64,000 nt of DNA from Planctomycetota bacterium (GCA_050248855.1 JBFWRP010000004.1:142711-206710), one strand, 5' to 3'. Positions 18,471-28,941 are shown, numbered from the stretch's first letter. Made by a program: numbers and translations. Notes: generated by a model not told the origin, from the letters alone.

Positions 18471-19240
18471 CAGGCCTCCCCCCCGAGGTAGGCCTCGATC
18501 ACCCTGGGGTCGGCACGGACTTCGTCCGGCGTCCCGTGCGCGATGCGCTCGCCGTGGTCGAGCACCACGATGCGTTCGCAGATGCCCATCACGAACTTCA
18601 TGTCGTGTTCGATCAGGAGGATGGCGAGCCCGAGGTCGTCGCGCAGCCGGCGCACCGTGTTCATCAGGTCCACCTTCTCGGCGGGGTTCATGCCGGCCGC
18701 GGGCTCGTCGAGCAGCAACAGCTGCGGGCCCAGCGCCAGGGCGCGGCAGATTTCGAGCTTGCGCTGGTCGCCGTAGGGCAGGTCGCCCGCGCGATCCCCG
18801 GCTTCGTCGGCGAGGCCGAGGCGGTCCAGCAACCCGAGGACGTCGTCGCGGATCGACGCCTCGGCGCGCCGAAAGGCCGGCAGCCGCAGCACGCTCGCCC
18901 AGATCCCGGTACCGGGTCGTGCAGGCAGCACGGCGGCCACGTTGTCGGCCACGGTCATGTCCTGCCACAGGCGGATGTTCTGGAACGTGCGCGCCATCCC
19001 CAGCCGCGCCCGCTCCCAGGGCGCCAGCTTGGCGATGTCGTGGCCCTGCCAGCGGACGGCGCCCGACGTGACGGTGTCGGCCCCCGTGATGAGGTTGAAC
19101 AGGGTGGTCTTGCCCGCGCCGTTGGCGCCGATGAGCCCCACGAGCTCGCCCTGCTCCAGCGACAGGGAAACGTCGCTGACAGCCGTCAAGCCGCCGTAGC
19201 ACTTCGTGACGTGCTCCACTTCGAAGAGAGTCGTGGTCAC
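18470..19240 (-). CDS. livG: Branched-chain amino acid ABC transporter ATP-binding protein
   Basis: GANGAGKTTLFN, RTFQN, LPYGDQRKLE, DEPAAG, IEHDM, EAYLG. Confidence 0.95.
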   Translation of the reverse strand: MTTTLFEVEHVTKCYGGLTAVSDVSLSLEQGELVGLIGANGAGKTTLFNLITGADTVTSGAVRWQGHDIAKLAPWERARLGMARTFQNIRLWQDMTVADNVAAVLPARPGTGIWASVLRLPAFRRAEASIRDDVLGLLDRLGLADEAGDRAGDLPYGDQRKLEICRALALGPQLLLLDEPAAGMNPAEKVDLMNTVRRLRDDLGLAILLIEHDMKFVMGICERIVVLDHGERIAHGTPDEVRADPRVIEAYLGGEA

Positions 19241-20211
19241 GCGGCCCCTCCCTCCGTGCGAGCCCGCCGCTTGGCCTTCCACTCCCGGACGATGTCGGTG
19301 AGCTCCCGCGGCCCGAAGATCCCCTTGGGCCGGAAGATCATCATGAGGATCAGCAGCAGGGCGAAGATGACCTGCGACCACTGACCGATGATCCCGCCCC
19401 TCATGATGAGCGCACGCTCCGTGGCGTAGAACACGACGGCAGCCACGATGCAGCCCGAGAGCGAGCCGAGCCCCCCGAGCACGACCACGAGGAAGATGTA
19501 GACCATGCGGACGAACTCGAAGTCCTTGGTGGCCACGCTGCCGCTGTAGTGGGCGAAGAGGGCGCCGGCCAAGCCGGCGATGCCCGAGCCCACGACGAAC
19601 ACGAACACGCGACTGCGGGCCGGTGGCAGGCCAAGCAACCCGGCCGCTACTTCGTCCTGGGCCACGGCGAGCATCACCCGGCCCTTGCTGCTGCGGATGA
19701 AGTTGCGGATGCCCAAGGCAACGAGGACCACGACACCCACCAGCACGCCGAGGTAGATCAGGCGGTACGTGAGCTGAGTCGACGGACTCAGCTCGAACAG
19801 GACGTGGCGGACGCCCATCCCCGGCGGCACGCGACTGTCCAGGGCGGTCACGACCTGCCGAACGCCCTCGCCGAAGCCCAAGGTCGCAATGGCCAGGTAG
19901 TCGCCACGCAGACGCAGGCACGGGACGCCGATGGCAAGTCCGCCCAGGGCCGCCAGGGCCGTGCCGAAGAGGACGCTCACGAGGAGCACCAGCACACCCG
20001 GAAGGCCCGGATCGAGCTCGGCTGTCATCCAGGCGGCGCCGTACGCCCCGAGGAAGTAGAAGCCGTGGTGCCCCAAGCTGAACATGCGTCCCCACCCGTT
20101 GATCAGGTTGAGGGACAGCGCGAGCAACACGAGCACGGAGATCTGGATCAGCTGGTCGGGCAGCCACAGATGCAGCATCATCGCCAACGGCAGGTCGCCG
20201 AGCCCGCCCAT
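19237..20211 (-). CDS. livM: Branched-chain amino acid ABC transporter permease
   Basis: SLNLING, LRLRGDYLAIATLGFGE, VVLGGLGS, RPKGI. Confidence 0.93.
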   Translation of the reverse strand: MGGLGDLPLAMMLHLWLPDQLIQISVLVLLALSLNLINGWGRMFSLGHHGFYFLGAYGAAWMTAELDPGLPGVLVLLVSVLFGTALAALGGLAIGVPCLRLRGDYLAIATLGFGEGVRQVVTALDSRVPPGMGVRHVLFELSPSTQLTYRLIYLGVLVGVVVLVALGIRNFIRSSKGRVMLAVAQDEVAAGLLGLPPARSRVFVFVVGSGIAGLAGALFAHYSGSVATKDFEFVRMVYIFLVVVLGGLGSLSGCIVAAVVFYATERALIMRGGIIGQWSQVIFALLLILMMIFRPKGIFGPRELTDIVREWKAKRRARTEGGAA

Positions 20212-21275
20212 CAGACCTTCTCCCGCAACGGTCGCCCGAGAAGGCCCGTGGGTCGGATGACCAGCACGACGATCAGGAACACGTAGGCCAAGGCTTCCTG
20301 GAACGCCTTGGCCTCGCTCCAGCCCGCCTCCTCGAGCAGCCAGGGGAGCCCGAACTCGGCCATGCCCAGCACCAAGCCCCCGACGAGGGCTCCCGGGATC
20401 GAGCCGATGCCACCGATGACGGCAGCGATGAATGCCTTCAACCCCGGGATCCAGCCGGTGAGCGGCCTGACGCTTCCGTAGGTGCTGCAGAACGCCACAC
20501 CCCCGATCCCGGCGAGCACCGCACCCAGGAAGAACGTCCACGCCACGACGCGGTCGAGATTGATGCCCATCAGCTTCGCAGCATCTGGATCCTCGGACAC
20601 GGCACGCATCGCCCGGCCCATGCGCGTGCGCTGGACGAGGAACCAGAGGACGGGCGCGCACAGCACCAACAGGGCGAGCACGAAGCCCTGCTTGCCCTCC
20701 TTGGTGATGCCCATCGACTTGACGACACGCTCCACGCCGGCGGCTTTCAGCTCGGCACGTCGGGCGGCCGTAACCGGCTCGCCGGCCTTGATGACCGCGG
20801 CGGGATCATCGCGGCGGCGATAGCTGGCGTCCGCTGGCGAGGGCACGTCGTCGACGCTCACCCAGATCCCGGGCTCCGGGTACGCACGCGCCCCCGCGCC
20901 CCACACCTGGATGGCGAGGTTCTGGAGGAAGAACGACACGCCGACGGCCGTGAGCAGGGCGGCGATGCGGCCCGCGTGCCGCACGGGGCGATACGCCAAA
21001 CGCTCGGTCACCACGGCCAAGAGGCCGGCCGCCAACCCGGCCGCCGCGAGCGCCAGGAAGAAGGCGAGCAACACCGGCAGCGGCTGCGGGAGCGGCAGCT
21101 CCTCGATCCGCGAGTCACGCAGCACGAACAGGCCGACGAACCCGCCCACCATGAAGAACTCGCCATGGGCGAAGTTGATGAGGCGGATGATCCCGTAGAC
21201 CATCGTGTAGCCCAGCGCGATGAAGGCGTAGATCGCCCCCAGCCCCAAGCCGTCGAGCAGTATGTTCGCGAGCAC
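20211..21275 (-). CDS. livH: Branched-chain amino acid ABC transporter permease
   Basis: ALGYTMVYGIIRLINFAHGE, GRAMRA, GLKAFIAAVIGGIGSIPGA. Confidence 0.95.
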   Translation of the reverse strand: MLANILLDGLGLGAIYAFIALGYTMVYGIIRLINFAHGEFFMVGGFVGLFVLRDSRIEELPLPQPLPVLLAFFLALAAAGLAAGLLAVVTERLAYRPVRHAGRIAALLTAVGVSFFLQNLAIQVWGAGARAYPEPGIWVSVDDVPSPADASYRRRDDPAAVIKAGEPVTAARRAELKAAGVERVVKSMGITKEGKQGFVLALLVLCAPVLWFLVQRTRMGRAMRAVSEDPDAAKLMGINLDRVVAWTFFLGAVLAGIGGVAFCSTYGSVRPLTGWIPGLKAFIAAVIGGIGSIPGALVGGLVLGMAEFGLPWLLEEAGWSEAKAFQEALAYVFLIVVLVIRPTGLLGRPLREKV

Positions 21276-21301
21276 GCGGTGGGTCCGCTACGCGTTGCGG
21301 A

Positions 21302-22429
21302 TCAGGGGTTGATGGTCGCGTGGTACTTCTTGGCGCCCGCTTCGACGCGGACGATCACCACGTCCTTCACCGGGGTGCGCTCGTCGTTGTCGAGCGAGAT
21401 CGAGCCCGTGATGCCCTTCAAGCCCTTCGTGGCGGCGATCGCCTTGGCCAAGGCTTCTGCCGAAGGTGCCTCCCCGGCGCGCTGGACCGCATCGGACATC
21501 ACGAAGAGCACGTCGTAGCCCAGCGCCGCCATCGCGCCGGGCGCGGACCCGAACTTCTCCTCGTAGCGCTTGGCGAACGCCTGGACCCGATCGTCGGGCG
21601 CGTCCGGCGCGAAGTGCGTGGTGAAGTAGATGGGGTTGGAGGCGCTGGCCACCAGCTGGATGAAGGTGTCCGAGTCGATCCCGTCACCGCCGATGACCGG
21701 GAGCTGCCCCCAGCGGCCCTGGGCCTGCTTGATCATCGCGCCGCCGTCCTCGTAGTAGCCGCTGAAGAAGACGACGTCGGGCGCGAAATCGGCCACACCC
21801 TGGATCACGTTGGAGAAGTCGGGGTTGCCGGCCTTGAAGAACTCGTCGTGCGCGGTACCGCCCTGGGCCTCGAAGCGCGTCTTGAAGTTGCTCGAGAGGC
21901 CGAGGCTGTAGTCCGACTCCTTGTCGATGATGACCGCGGCCTTCTTCCAGCCGTTCTCGAGGGCGAAGTTGGCCAGCACCGTGCCCTGGAAGCTGTCCTT
22001 GTAGCAGATGCGCGATAGGTAGGGATTGCCGGGCGTCAGCTGGTCGTTCGTGGACGCGGGCGTGATGCACGGAACGCCCGAAGCCTTGACCACGGTGCCG
22101 ATCTTCTTGGTGTTGGAAGAGGCGACGGAGCCGATGAGGGCGCGGGCGCCGTTGACCTCGATGAGGGTCTTGGCGCGCGACTCGGCCTCGGTGGGCTCGG
22201 ACTTCTCGTCCTGCAGGACGAGCTCGAACGGCAGCTTGGCCCCGTCGGTCTGGAGATCCTCGAGCGCCAGCTGCATGCCGTTCCAGGACTCTTCCCCGTA
22301 GGTGGCCTGGGGTCCGGACATCGGCAGGATGACGCCGACGACGACCTTGCCGCTGTCGCTTCCGCAGCCGGCCAGGCTGCCCAGTGTGGCCACGCAGGCG
22401 ATCGAGGCGAGCAGCAAACGGCGGATCAT
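21302..22429 (-). CDS. livK: Branched-chain amino acid ABC transporter substrate-binding lipoprotein
   Basis: Lipobox LAGC; PMSG, IGSVASS, ITPAST, ALGYD, GITG. Confidence 0.92.
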   Translation of the reverse strand: MIRRLLLASIACVATLGSLAGCGSDSGKVVVGVILPMSGPQATYGEESWNGMQLALEDLQTDGAKLPFELVLQDEKSEPTEAESRAKTLIEVNGARALIGSVASSNTKKIGTVVKASGVPCITPASTNDQLTPGNPYLSRICYKDSFQGTVLANFALENGWKKAAVIIDKESDYSLGLSSNFKTRFEAQGGTAHDEFFKAGNPDFSNVIQGVADFAPDVVFFSGYYEDGGAMIKQAQGRWGQLPVIGGDGIDSDTFIQLVASASNPIYFTTHFAPDAPDDRVQAFAKRYEEKFGSAPGAMAALGYDVLFVMSDAVQRAGEAPSAEALAKAIAATKGLKGITGSISLDNDERTPVKDVVIVRVEAGAKKYHATINP

Positions 22430-22537
22430 GGCGGTTCTCCGGGGGGTCCAGCCTCAAGGAGTGCGGATCCTACCCGCATCCGTCCCCGCCCCGGAACCCC
22501 TCCCCGCTGGACGCCTTGGGCCCCGGGCGGAGGCGGC

Positions 22538-23668
22538 TCAGTCGAAGTCCCCGCGTCCGAACTCGTAGGGGTGATCGGCACCCACGTTGAGGACCAGGCC
22601 CAGGGCCAGGAAGCTCGTGAGCAGGCTGCTGCCGCCGTAGCTCATGAAGCCCAAGGGCATGCCGACGACGGGGAGGAGCCCCACCGTCATCATCAGGTTG
22701 ATGATCGCCTGGCAGGCGAACAGCGCGCCGACGCCGACGCAGAGCAGCCGCCCGCTGGGTTCTCGCACGCTCGAGCCCACGCGCAGGACCAGCCCGACGA
22801 GCAGGGCGTAGAGCAGGAACAGCACGACGGCGCCCCCCGTGCCGAAGGCCATCACGAACACGGGGTAGATGAAGTCCGAGTGGCGCTCGGGCAGGTAGCG
22901 CACGGCCTCGGCCGTGTCCTCGCCGAGGCCGGTCCCGAGGAACCCTGCCGTGCCGACGACGGTCTTGCTCTGGTGCAAGTGGTGCAGCTGGTGGCGCTGC
23001 AGCATCGTGTCGTCGGCGTGCTGCAGCAGGAAGGCGTGCACGCGGTCCTTCTGGTAGCCGCTCATGAGCCCGGGCAGGAAGAAGAGCGCCAGCCCGGCGA
23101 GCACGCCAAGCCCCATCACGAGGCCCAAGTGCTGGCGCCGGGCGCCCGCGACATAGAGCATCACGAGCAAGAGGGGCAGCAGCAGCAGCGCCGTGCCGAG
23201 ATCCGGCTGCTTCATGATCAGCAGCACGGGCACCAGGGTGATCGCCAGCGGCCGCAGGAGACCGCGCAGCTCGCGGTGGCTGCGGTCGTAGCGGATGTAG
23301 CCGGCCAGCATCACGACCAGCACGACCTTCATGAGCTCGCTCGGCTGGGCGCGGAAGCCGCCCAGCTGGATCCAGCGCCCGGCGCTCTTGCCGCGGCCCA
23401 CGACCAGCACCGCGACGAGCGCGAGCAGGCCGAGCGCGTAGACGAACCAGCGCGCGTCCACGATGCGCCGGTAGGGCACGGCGAGCACGAGCAGGCACGC
23501 GACCACGCCCAGCACGACCCAGCGCACCTGTGCCGCGCCGTAGTCGACGGCTTGGCCGAGGCTGGCCACGTGGACCGTGGCGGCGCCCACGAGAGCGAGC
23601 AGCACGCCCACGCCCAGCAGCAGCCAGTTGGCGCGCTTCAGCCGATCGCCCAGGCTCAGCGCACGCAC
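22538..23668 (-). CDS. rodA: Rod shape-determining SEDS glycosyltransferase
   Basis: RWIQLG, QPSELMK, QPDLGT, LPERHSDFI, GLLPVVGMPLGFMSYGGSS; follows mrdA. Confidence 0.93.
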   Translation of the reverse strand: MRALSLGDRLKRANWLLLGVGVLLALVGAATVHVASLGQAVDYGAAQVRWVVLGVVACLLVLAVPYRRIVDARWFVYALGLLALVAVLVVGRGKSAGRWIQLGGFRAQPSELMKVVLVVMLAGYIRYDRSHRELRGLLRPLAITLVPVLLIMKQPDLGTALLLLPLLLVMLYVAGARRQHLGLVMGLGVLAGLALFFLPGLMSGYQKDRVHAFLLQHADDTMLQRHQLHHLHQSKTVVGTAGFLGTGLGEDTAEAVRYLPERHSDFIYPVFVMAFGTGGAVVLFLLYALLVGLVLRVGSSVREPSGRLLCVGVGALFACQAIINLMMTVGLLPVVGMPLGFMSYGGSSLLTSFLALGLVLNVGADHPYEFGRGDFD

Positions 23669-23687
23669 GACGGAGGCCCTCCCTGCT

Positions 23688-26294
23688 TCACGAGCCGAAC
23701 CACCAGGACAGGAACTGGGCGACCGCCTTGGCGGACGTCATGGCCGCGGCGTCTTCTTCACGCGCGTGCAGCACGCAGGCGAAGGCCACCGTGCGACGGC
23801 CGGGGGCCTCCGCGAAGCCCGCAAACCAGTGGTGCCATGCCTCTTCCTCGCGGCGGCCGCGCTCGTCGAGGCCGTACTCCCAGGGGCGCCATTCGGGCCC
23901 CAGCTGCGCGGTGCCGGTCTTGCCGTACACGATGCCGGGCACGCTCTCGAAGCCGGCGTTGCGCGCCGTGCCATCCGCCGAGGTGACCGCGAGCATGCCC
24001 TCGCGCACGATCGCCAGGTGTTCGGGGTCGAGATGGAGGTTCTCGCGGCGCGGTTCGCGGACCCGGCCGTCGACGGCATGCACGGGCTGCGGCACGGGCA
24101 GATAGCCACCGTTGGCGATGGCGCACATGGCTCGCGCCATCTGCAGCGGCGTCGTCAGCACCGGCCCCTGGCCGATGGCGACGTTCGACGCGTCGTGGGC
24201 GTGGATGGCCGCGGCCGCCTCGGGGGTCGTGCGGCCGAGGTCCTTGGCGAAGCGCAGCTTGAACCAGACGTGGCCGCCGCGGGCCGGATCGCCGACCACG
24301 CCTGCGCGGTTGCTGGCGACGAGCTCGCTCCAGGAGGCGGGAACGGCGGCCGTGCCACGCGAGGGCAGCACGGTCCACGGGGCCGGCGTGGCGGCACGCA
24401 CGTCGAAGGTCAGCGTGACGTCGCGGTCACGGTCCCCGTCCCGCGTGACGCCGACGCGAACGCGCGTGGCGCCGCTGGCCCGGTGCACGACGCGCACGGC
24501 CTCGGCCAGGTGGAGCCGCGCTCGCGCCGGACTTCCGCCCACCGTACCGGGCGCCTTGCGATCCGGCTGGAAGTCGAGCTCGACCTCGAGGGGCCGGGCC
24601 GCGTCCCCGTCCCCCCCGGCACGCAGATCGTCCTGGGCGCCGGCGACCACGCTGGCCAGGGGAAAGTCGTAGCCCCCCGCGAGCCACGTGCCCGCATGCC
24701 ACTCGGGGTAGCTGGGGTCGGGATGGGTGCCGAAGCCAAAGCGCGGCAGGTACCGACCAAGCGCCGCCAGGCGCGTGCTCGTCTGCGAGGGGTCGGCGCC
24801 GTGACGCACCCAGTGGGCGAAGTACTTGTTGCACGAGTGCTCGAGGGCACCGATCAGGTCGACATCGCCGCAGCCATGGCAGCCGGGCCCCCCGGCGTGC
24901 GCGCTGCAGCCGAAGTGCCACTCGGGGCGCAGGTAGCCCGTGCCGAGCAGGCCCAACGCCACGAAGGTCTTGAACGTACTGCCCGGTTCGATCGCGATCT
25001 GCGACACGCGGCTGACACCGGGGCCGATCGGAGCGCTCAGCCGGTCGCGCCACGTCGCGAGGTCGAGCCCCGCGGGCAGGGCCCGGACCGGCAGCCACTC
25101 GCGTCGCTGGCGGTCGGGCACGCGATCGCGGTAGAGGTCCGTGAAGAGCGTGCTCACGTCGCTCTGCAGGTCGAAGCCCGGGATCTCGGCCCAGACGAGG
25201 ATCTCACCACTCTCCGCGTCGAGCAGGACGAGCGCGCCCGACGGCCGGGCATGCGGGTGGTACTTGTCGCGCGTCGCGATGTCCACCAGCACCTGCCGGG
25301 CCTTCTCCGACGCCGCCACATCCAGCGCCAGCGTCACGTCGAGCCCGGGCACCGGACGCACCTCGTCCAGGACGCGCGTGAAGTGGCCGTCGTCGTCGCG
25401 GAGCAGCTCCTGGTACCCCGGGCGCCCTTGCAGCACGTCATCGAGCGCCCGCTCCACGCCCGTACGCCCGATTCGCGTGTCCCCGTCGGCGCCGCGCACG
25501 GTCATGCGCAACTTCTCGAGCTCCTCGGCGTCGACGACCTTGGTGGCGTAGCCGACGAGGTGAGGGGCCGCTTCGCCGAACTCGGCACGGCGGCGCAAGT
25601 CGTGGCGCACGAGGAAGCCGCGGAACGCCTCCTGCTCGTCGGTCAGGAGCAGGCGCGCGACGTCGTCGCCGATCCCCGTCTCCAGCACGTAGGGTCGTCG
25701 CAGCATGTCCTCGAGGAACGCGCGCTCGCGTGTGTCGAGGAAGAGATCGATGCCGTCCGCTTCGAGCGCCCGACGGAAGAGACCCGTCAGGCGGTAGATC
25801 TCCTGGATGCGCTGCTGGCCGCGGGCGAGCAGCGTTCCGGGCTCGAGCCCGAGCGCCGTGTCGAGCGGCGTGTAGTCGGGTGGCGGGAGGTCGAGGATGG
25901 TGGGCTCGGGCTTGCGACCGGTGCCGCGGCACGCCTCGACCTGGCAGGCGCAGATGCGCGAAGGCGAGGGCTTGGGATCGTCGGGGTAGAGCTGCGGGCG
26001 CCACGAACGCACGAGCCCGCACTCGGTGCAGCGTCCGCTGCGGTTGCCGAGCAGCTCCCACGGCAGCACGGCCAGCTGCAGCGTGGCCTGGTCGTAGGCC
26101 AGGGGGCGACCGCTGCGATCCAGGATGCGACCGCGCGGGGCCTGGAGGATCTCGGTCCGGGCGCGCAAGCGCCACGCCGCGTCCTCCCACTCCGCGCGGT
26201 CCACGGTCTGCATCCAGATCGTGCGCAGGAGGATGACGCCCAGCGCCACCAGGAAGGCCACGTAGAGGACGACGACCCTACGCCGAAAGCGCAC
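23688..26294 (-). CDS. mrdA: Penicillin-binding protein 2 (class B) with insertions
   Basis: APRGRILDRSG, GRTGVE, SxxK (GSTFK), SxN (SCN), KTGT, AIGQG; lies between mreD and rodA. Confidence 0.9.
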   Translation of the reverse strand: MRFRRRVVVLYVAFLVALGVILLRTIWMQTVDRAEWEDAAWRLRARTEILQAPRGRILDRSGRPLAYDQATLQLAVLPWELLGNRSGRCTECGLVRSWRPQLYPDDPKPSPSRICACQVEACRGTGRKPEPTILDLPPPDYTPLDTALGLEPGTLLARGQQRIQEIYRLTGLFRRALEADGIDLFLDTRERAFLEDMLRRPYVLETGIGDDVARLLLTDEQEAFRGFLVRHDLRRRAEFGEAAPHLVGYATKVVDAEELEKLRMTVRGADGDTRIGRTGVERALDDVLQGRPGYQELLRDDDGHFTRVLDEVRPVPGLDVTLALDVAASEKARQVLVDIATRDKYHPHARPSGALVLLDAESGEILVWAEIPGFDLQSDVSTLFTDLYRDRVPDRQRREWLPVRALPAGLDLATWRDRLSAPIGPGVSRVSQIAIEPGSTFKTFVALGLLGTGYLRPEWHFGCSAHAGGPGCHGCGDVDLIGALEHSCNKYFAHWVRHGADPSQTSTRLAALGRYLPRFGFGTHPDPSYPEWHAGTWLAGGYDFPLASVVAGAQDDLRAGGDGDAARPLEVELDFQPDRKAPGTVGGSPARARLHLAEAVRVVHRASGATRVRVGVTRDGDRDRDVTLTFDVRAATPAPWTVLPSRGTAAVPASWSELVASNRAGVVGDPARGGHVWFKLRFAKDLGRTTPEAAAAIHAHDASNVAIGQGPVLTTPLQMARAMCAIANGGYLPVPQPVHAVDGRVREPRRENLHLDPEHLAIVREGMLAVTSADGTARNAGFESVPGIVYGKTGTAQLGPEWRPWEYGLDERGRREEEAWHHWFAGFAEAPGRRTVAFACVLHAREEDAAAMTSAKAVAQFLSWWFGS

Positions 26295-26787
26295 GGCGCC
26301 TCCCGAGCAGGCCTTCCAGCGCCTGGGTGCGGTCGAGGAGCGCCGAGAGCGGGATGGCGAGCACGGTGGTCCAGAGCGCCGTCATGACGGCGCCGCCGAA
26401 GGCGGGGCCCAACGGGCCGACGCTGGCGTAGGGCAACACGCGCAGCGCATGCACCCAGCCCGCGAGGCACGTGCCGAGGAAGATGATCAGGAGGCCCGCG
26501 ACGCCGTCGAGTCGCCCCCGGCCGCGCCCGCCCTCGGCGAGCAGCCACGCAACGAAGCCCAGGACGAACGCGTGCGTCCCAAGCGGGTCGAGGGACAGGC
26601 AGTCCTTGAGCACGCCCAGCGTGATGCTCCAGCCGACGGCCGCATACGCGCGCGCACGGCTGGCCAGGTACAGGGCGAGCAGCGCGAACAGGTCGGGCGG
26701 CCACGTGGACAGTCCGAGCGCATCCGGCATGAGGTCGGGGAGTGCCGCCCCCAGGAGCACCAAGAGGAGAAGCGTGACCGGTGCCAC
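26278..26787 (-). CDS. mreD: Rod shape-determining protein MreD
   Basis: Hydrophobic; PPDL and LGVLKDCLS..PLG; position after mreC. Confidence 0.85.
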   Translation of the reverse strand: MAPVTLLLLVLLGAALPDLMPDALGLSTWPPDLFALLALYLASRARAYAAVGWSITLGVLKDCLSLDPLGTHAFVLGFVAWLLAEGGRGRGRLDGVAGLLIIFLGTCLAGWVHALRVLPYASVGPLGPAFGGAVMTALWTTVLAIPLSALLDRTQALEGLLGRRRALSA

Positions 26788-26791
26788 GGCC

Positions 26792-27637
26792 TCAGCGGTC
26801 CACGCGCGGGTCGCGCGGCAGGCGCAACACCACGACCTCGGTGATGCGATCCGGATCGACCAGCGGGATCATCCGCAGCCGGGGCATGCCGTCGCGGTCG
26901 GCATCGGCGAGCTCCGCCACGCGACCGACGAGGAGCCCGGCGGGCATCTGCGGGTCCTGGTTGGCGGAGACGACGGGCGCACCCCGCTCGATGCGACCGT
27001 CGGCGGGCGTCCAGCGGACGAACTCGATCGCCAGCGCGTCGAGCCCGTCGATCGACCCCTCGCGCCGCGTCCAGCCGCGCAGTCGCTGCCCCGTGGACGT
27101 GACGACGAAGACCTCGAGCCTGCTCTGCCGATCGCTCGCGAGCTGGGCGAGCGCCGAACCGGGCCACGCCACCTCGATGCGCCCGAGCAGCACGCCGTCG
27201 TAGACCACGGGCTGTCCACGCGCGATGCCCGCATCACTCCCCACGTCGAGCAGCAACGAGCGGCGCCCCGGGGACGCGTCACGCGCGCGCAGCACGCGGG
27301 CGGACGTGAGCGAGGGAACCTGTTGCAGGCGATCGGCACCGAGCGTGGCGGCCAGCGCCCCGGCCTGCTGGAGCCGCTCGCGCAGGACGACGTTGTCGTA
27401 CCAGAGGCGGAGCACCTCGCGATCGCGCGCGGCGACCAGCTCCCGGGGGGCGTCCTCGTCGCCGCGGGCACCCTCGCCTGCGAGCAGCCGCGGGTTGAGC
27501 GCGGGAACCTCGGCGAGCCAGTTGAGCACCTGCCCGACGGGCTTCTCGACGGGATCCACGCCTCCCGGACGCAGCACCGGCAGCGCGAACCAGAGGACCA
27601 AGACGGCTCCCCAGGCGTGACGCTTGCGCAGGCGCAT
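26792..27637 (-). CDS. mreC: Rod shape-determining protein MreC
   Basis: Coiled-coil then ARVL, LDVGSDAGIARGQPVV..GVLLGRI, PAGLLVGRV. Confidence 0.88.
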   Translation of the reverse strand: MRLRKRHAWGAVLVLWFALPVLRPGGVDPVEKPVGQVLNWLAEVPALNPRLLAGEGARGDEDAPRELVAARDREVLRLWYDNVVLRERLQQAGALAATLGADRLQQVPSLTSARVLRARDASPGRRSLLLDVGSDAGIARGQPVVYDGVLLGRIEVAWPGSALAQLASDRQSRLEVFVVTSTGQRLRGWTRREGSIDGLDALAIEFVRWTPADGRIERGAPVVSANQDPQMPAGLLVGRVAELADADRDGMPRLRMIPLVDPDRITEVVVLRLPRDPRVDR

Positions 27638-27751
27638 CGGCTCTCTACCAGGGCTAGGGGGCCTTGACCGGACGGACCCCCAGGCGTAGTGCCATTCGAC
27701 ACCCCGGGGGGGACACGTCAAGCCCCCCCGCCAGCCCAGCCCGCCTGCCTG

Positions 27752-28804
27752 CTAGTCGTCGCTTTCGTCCATCGCGATCCGCAGGTCCTGGATCTTCTCC
27801 AAGAAGACCCCGGTGCCGCGCGCGACGGCCGTGAGGGGGTCCTCGGCGACGCGCACGGGGAGGTCGATCTCCTCGGCGATCACCCGATCCAGCCCCCGCA
27901 GGAGCGATCCGCCGCCCGCCATGACCACGCCGCTGTCGACCAGGTCGGCGGCGAGCTCGGGAGGCGTGGCCTCGAGCGTGGTCTTGACGGTCTCCACGAC
28001 GCCGCGCACGGGCTCCTGCAGCGCCTCGCGGATCTCCTCGCTGGTGACGACGACCTTGCGCGGCAGACCCTTCTTCAGGTCGCGGCCGCGCACGTCCATG
28101 GTCATCTCGCGCTTGAGCGGATACGCCGAACCGATGCCGATCTTGACCTTCTCGGCCGTCTGCTCGCCGATGAGCAGGTTGTAGGTGTTGCGCATGTGCT
28201 CGACGATGGCCGCGTCCATCGCATCGCCGGCCACGCGCATGGAGCGCGCCTCCACGATGCCGGCCAGCGAGATCACGGCCACCTCCGTCGTGCCGCCGCC
28301 GATGTCGACGATCATGCTGGCCTGCGGCTCGGTGATGGGCAGGCCCACGCCGATGCCGGCCGCCATGGGCTCCTCGATGAGGTAGACCTTGCGAGCACCG
28401 GCCCGCTCCGCGGAGTTGATGACCGCGCGGCGCTCCACGGGCGTGATGCCGTAGGGGATCGCGATCACCACGCGCGGATGAACGGCCCAGGTGCGGTCGT
28501 GCACCTTGTGGATGAAGTAGCGGAGCATCGCCTCGGTGATCTCGAAATCGGCGATGACGCCGTCCTTCAGCGGACGGATGGCCACGATGTTGCCCGGGGT
28601 CTTGCCGAGCATCTCCTTGGCGGTGTCACCGACCGCCCGCCCCTCGAGCAGCACCTTGCTCGTGCCCTTCTTGACGGCGACGACGCTGGGCTCGTTGAGG
28701 ATGATGCCGCGCCCCTGGACGCAAACCAGGGTGTTGGCCGTGCCCAGGTCGATCCCCATGTCGACCGAGAACTTGCCGATGAGCCACTCGAGGAGCTTGG
28801 GCAT
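27752..28804 (-). CDS. mreB: Actin-like rod shape-determining protein MreB
   Basis: GIDLGTANTL, EPSVVA, RPLKDGVIADF, DIGGGTTE, GEQTAEKVK, GGGSLL. Confidence 0.98.
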   Translation of the reverse strand: MPKLLEWLIGKFSVDMGIDLGTANTLVCVQGRGIILNEPSVVAVKKGTSKVLLEGRAVGDTAKEMLGKTPGNIVAIRPLKDGVIADFEITEAMLRYFIHKVHDRTWAVHPRVVIAIPYGITPVERRAVINSAERAGARKVYLIEEPMAAGIGVGLPITEPQASMIVDIGGGTTEVAVISLAGIVEARSMRVAGDAMDAAIVEHMRNTYNLLIGEQTAEKVKIGIGSAYPLKREMTMDVRGRDLKKGLPRKVVVTSEEIREALQEPVRGVVETVKTTLEATPPELAADLVDSGVVMAGGGSLLRGLDRVIAEEIDLPVRVAEDPLTAVARGTGVFLEKIQDLRIAMDESDD

Positions 28805-28941
28805 GTGCGACCTGTCACCGCCCTCACCGCCGCGCGCCGGCCGGGGTACGGCCCCGCTGTTCTACCCGCGTGTGGCGACGGCGCGACCCGGGACGGGCGG
28901 CCGCTTGCCGAGGGTCAGGTCGCGCCCGGACGAGCGGGCGG

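Noticed and set aside
24210..24660. Intein in PBP2
   Set aside because: No Cys/Ser start, His-Asn end or LAGLIDADG motif is visible.
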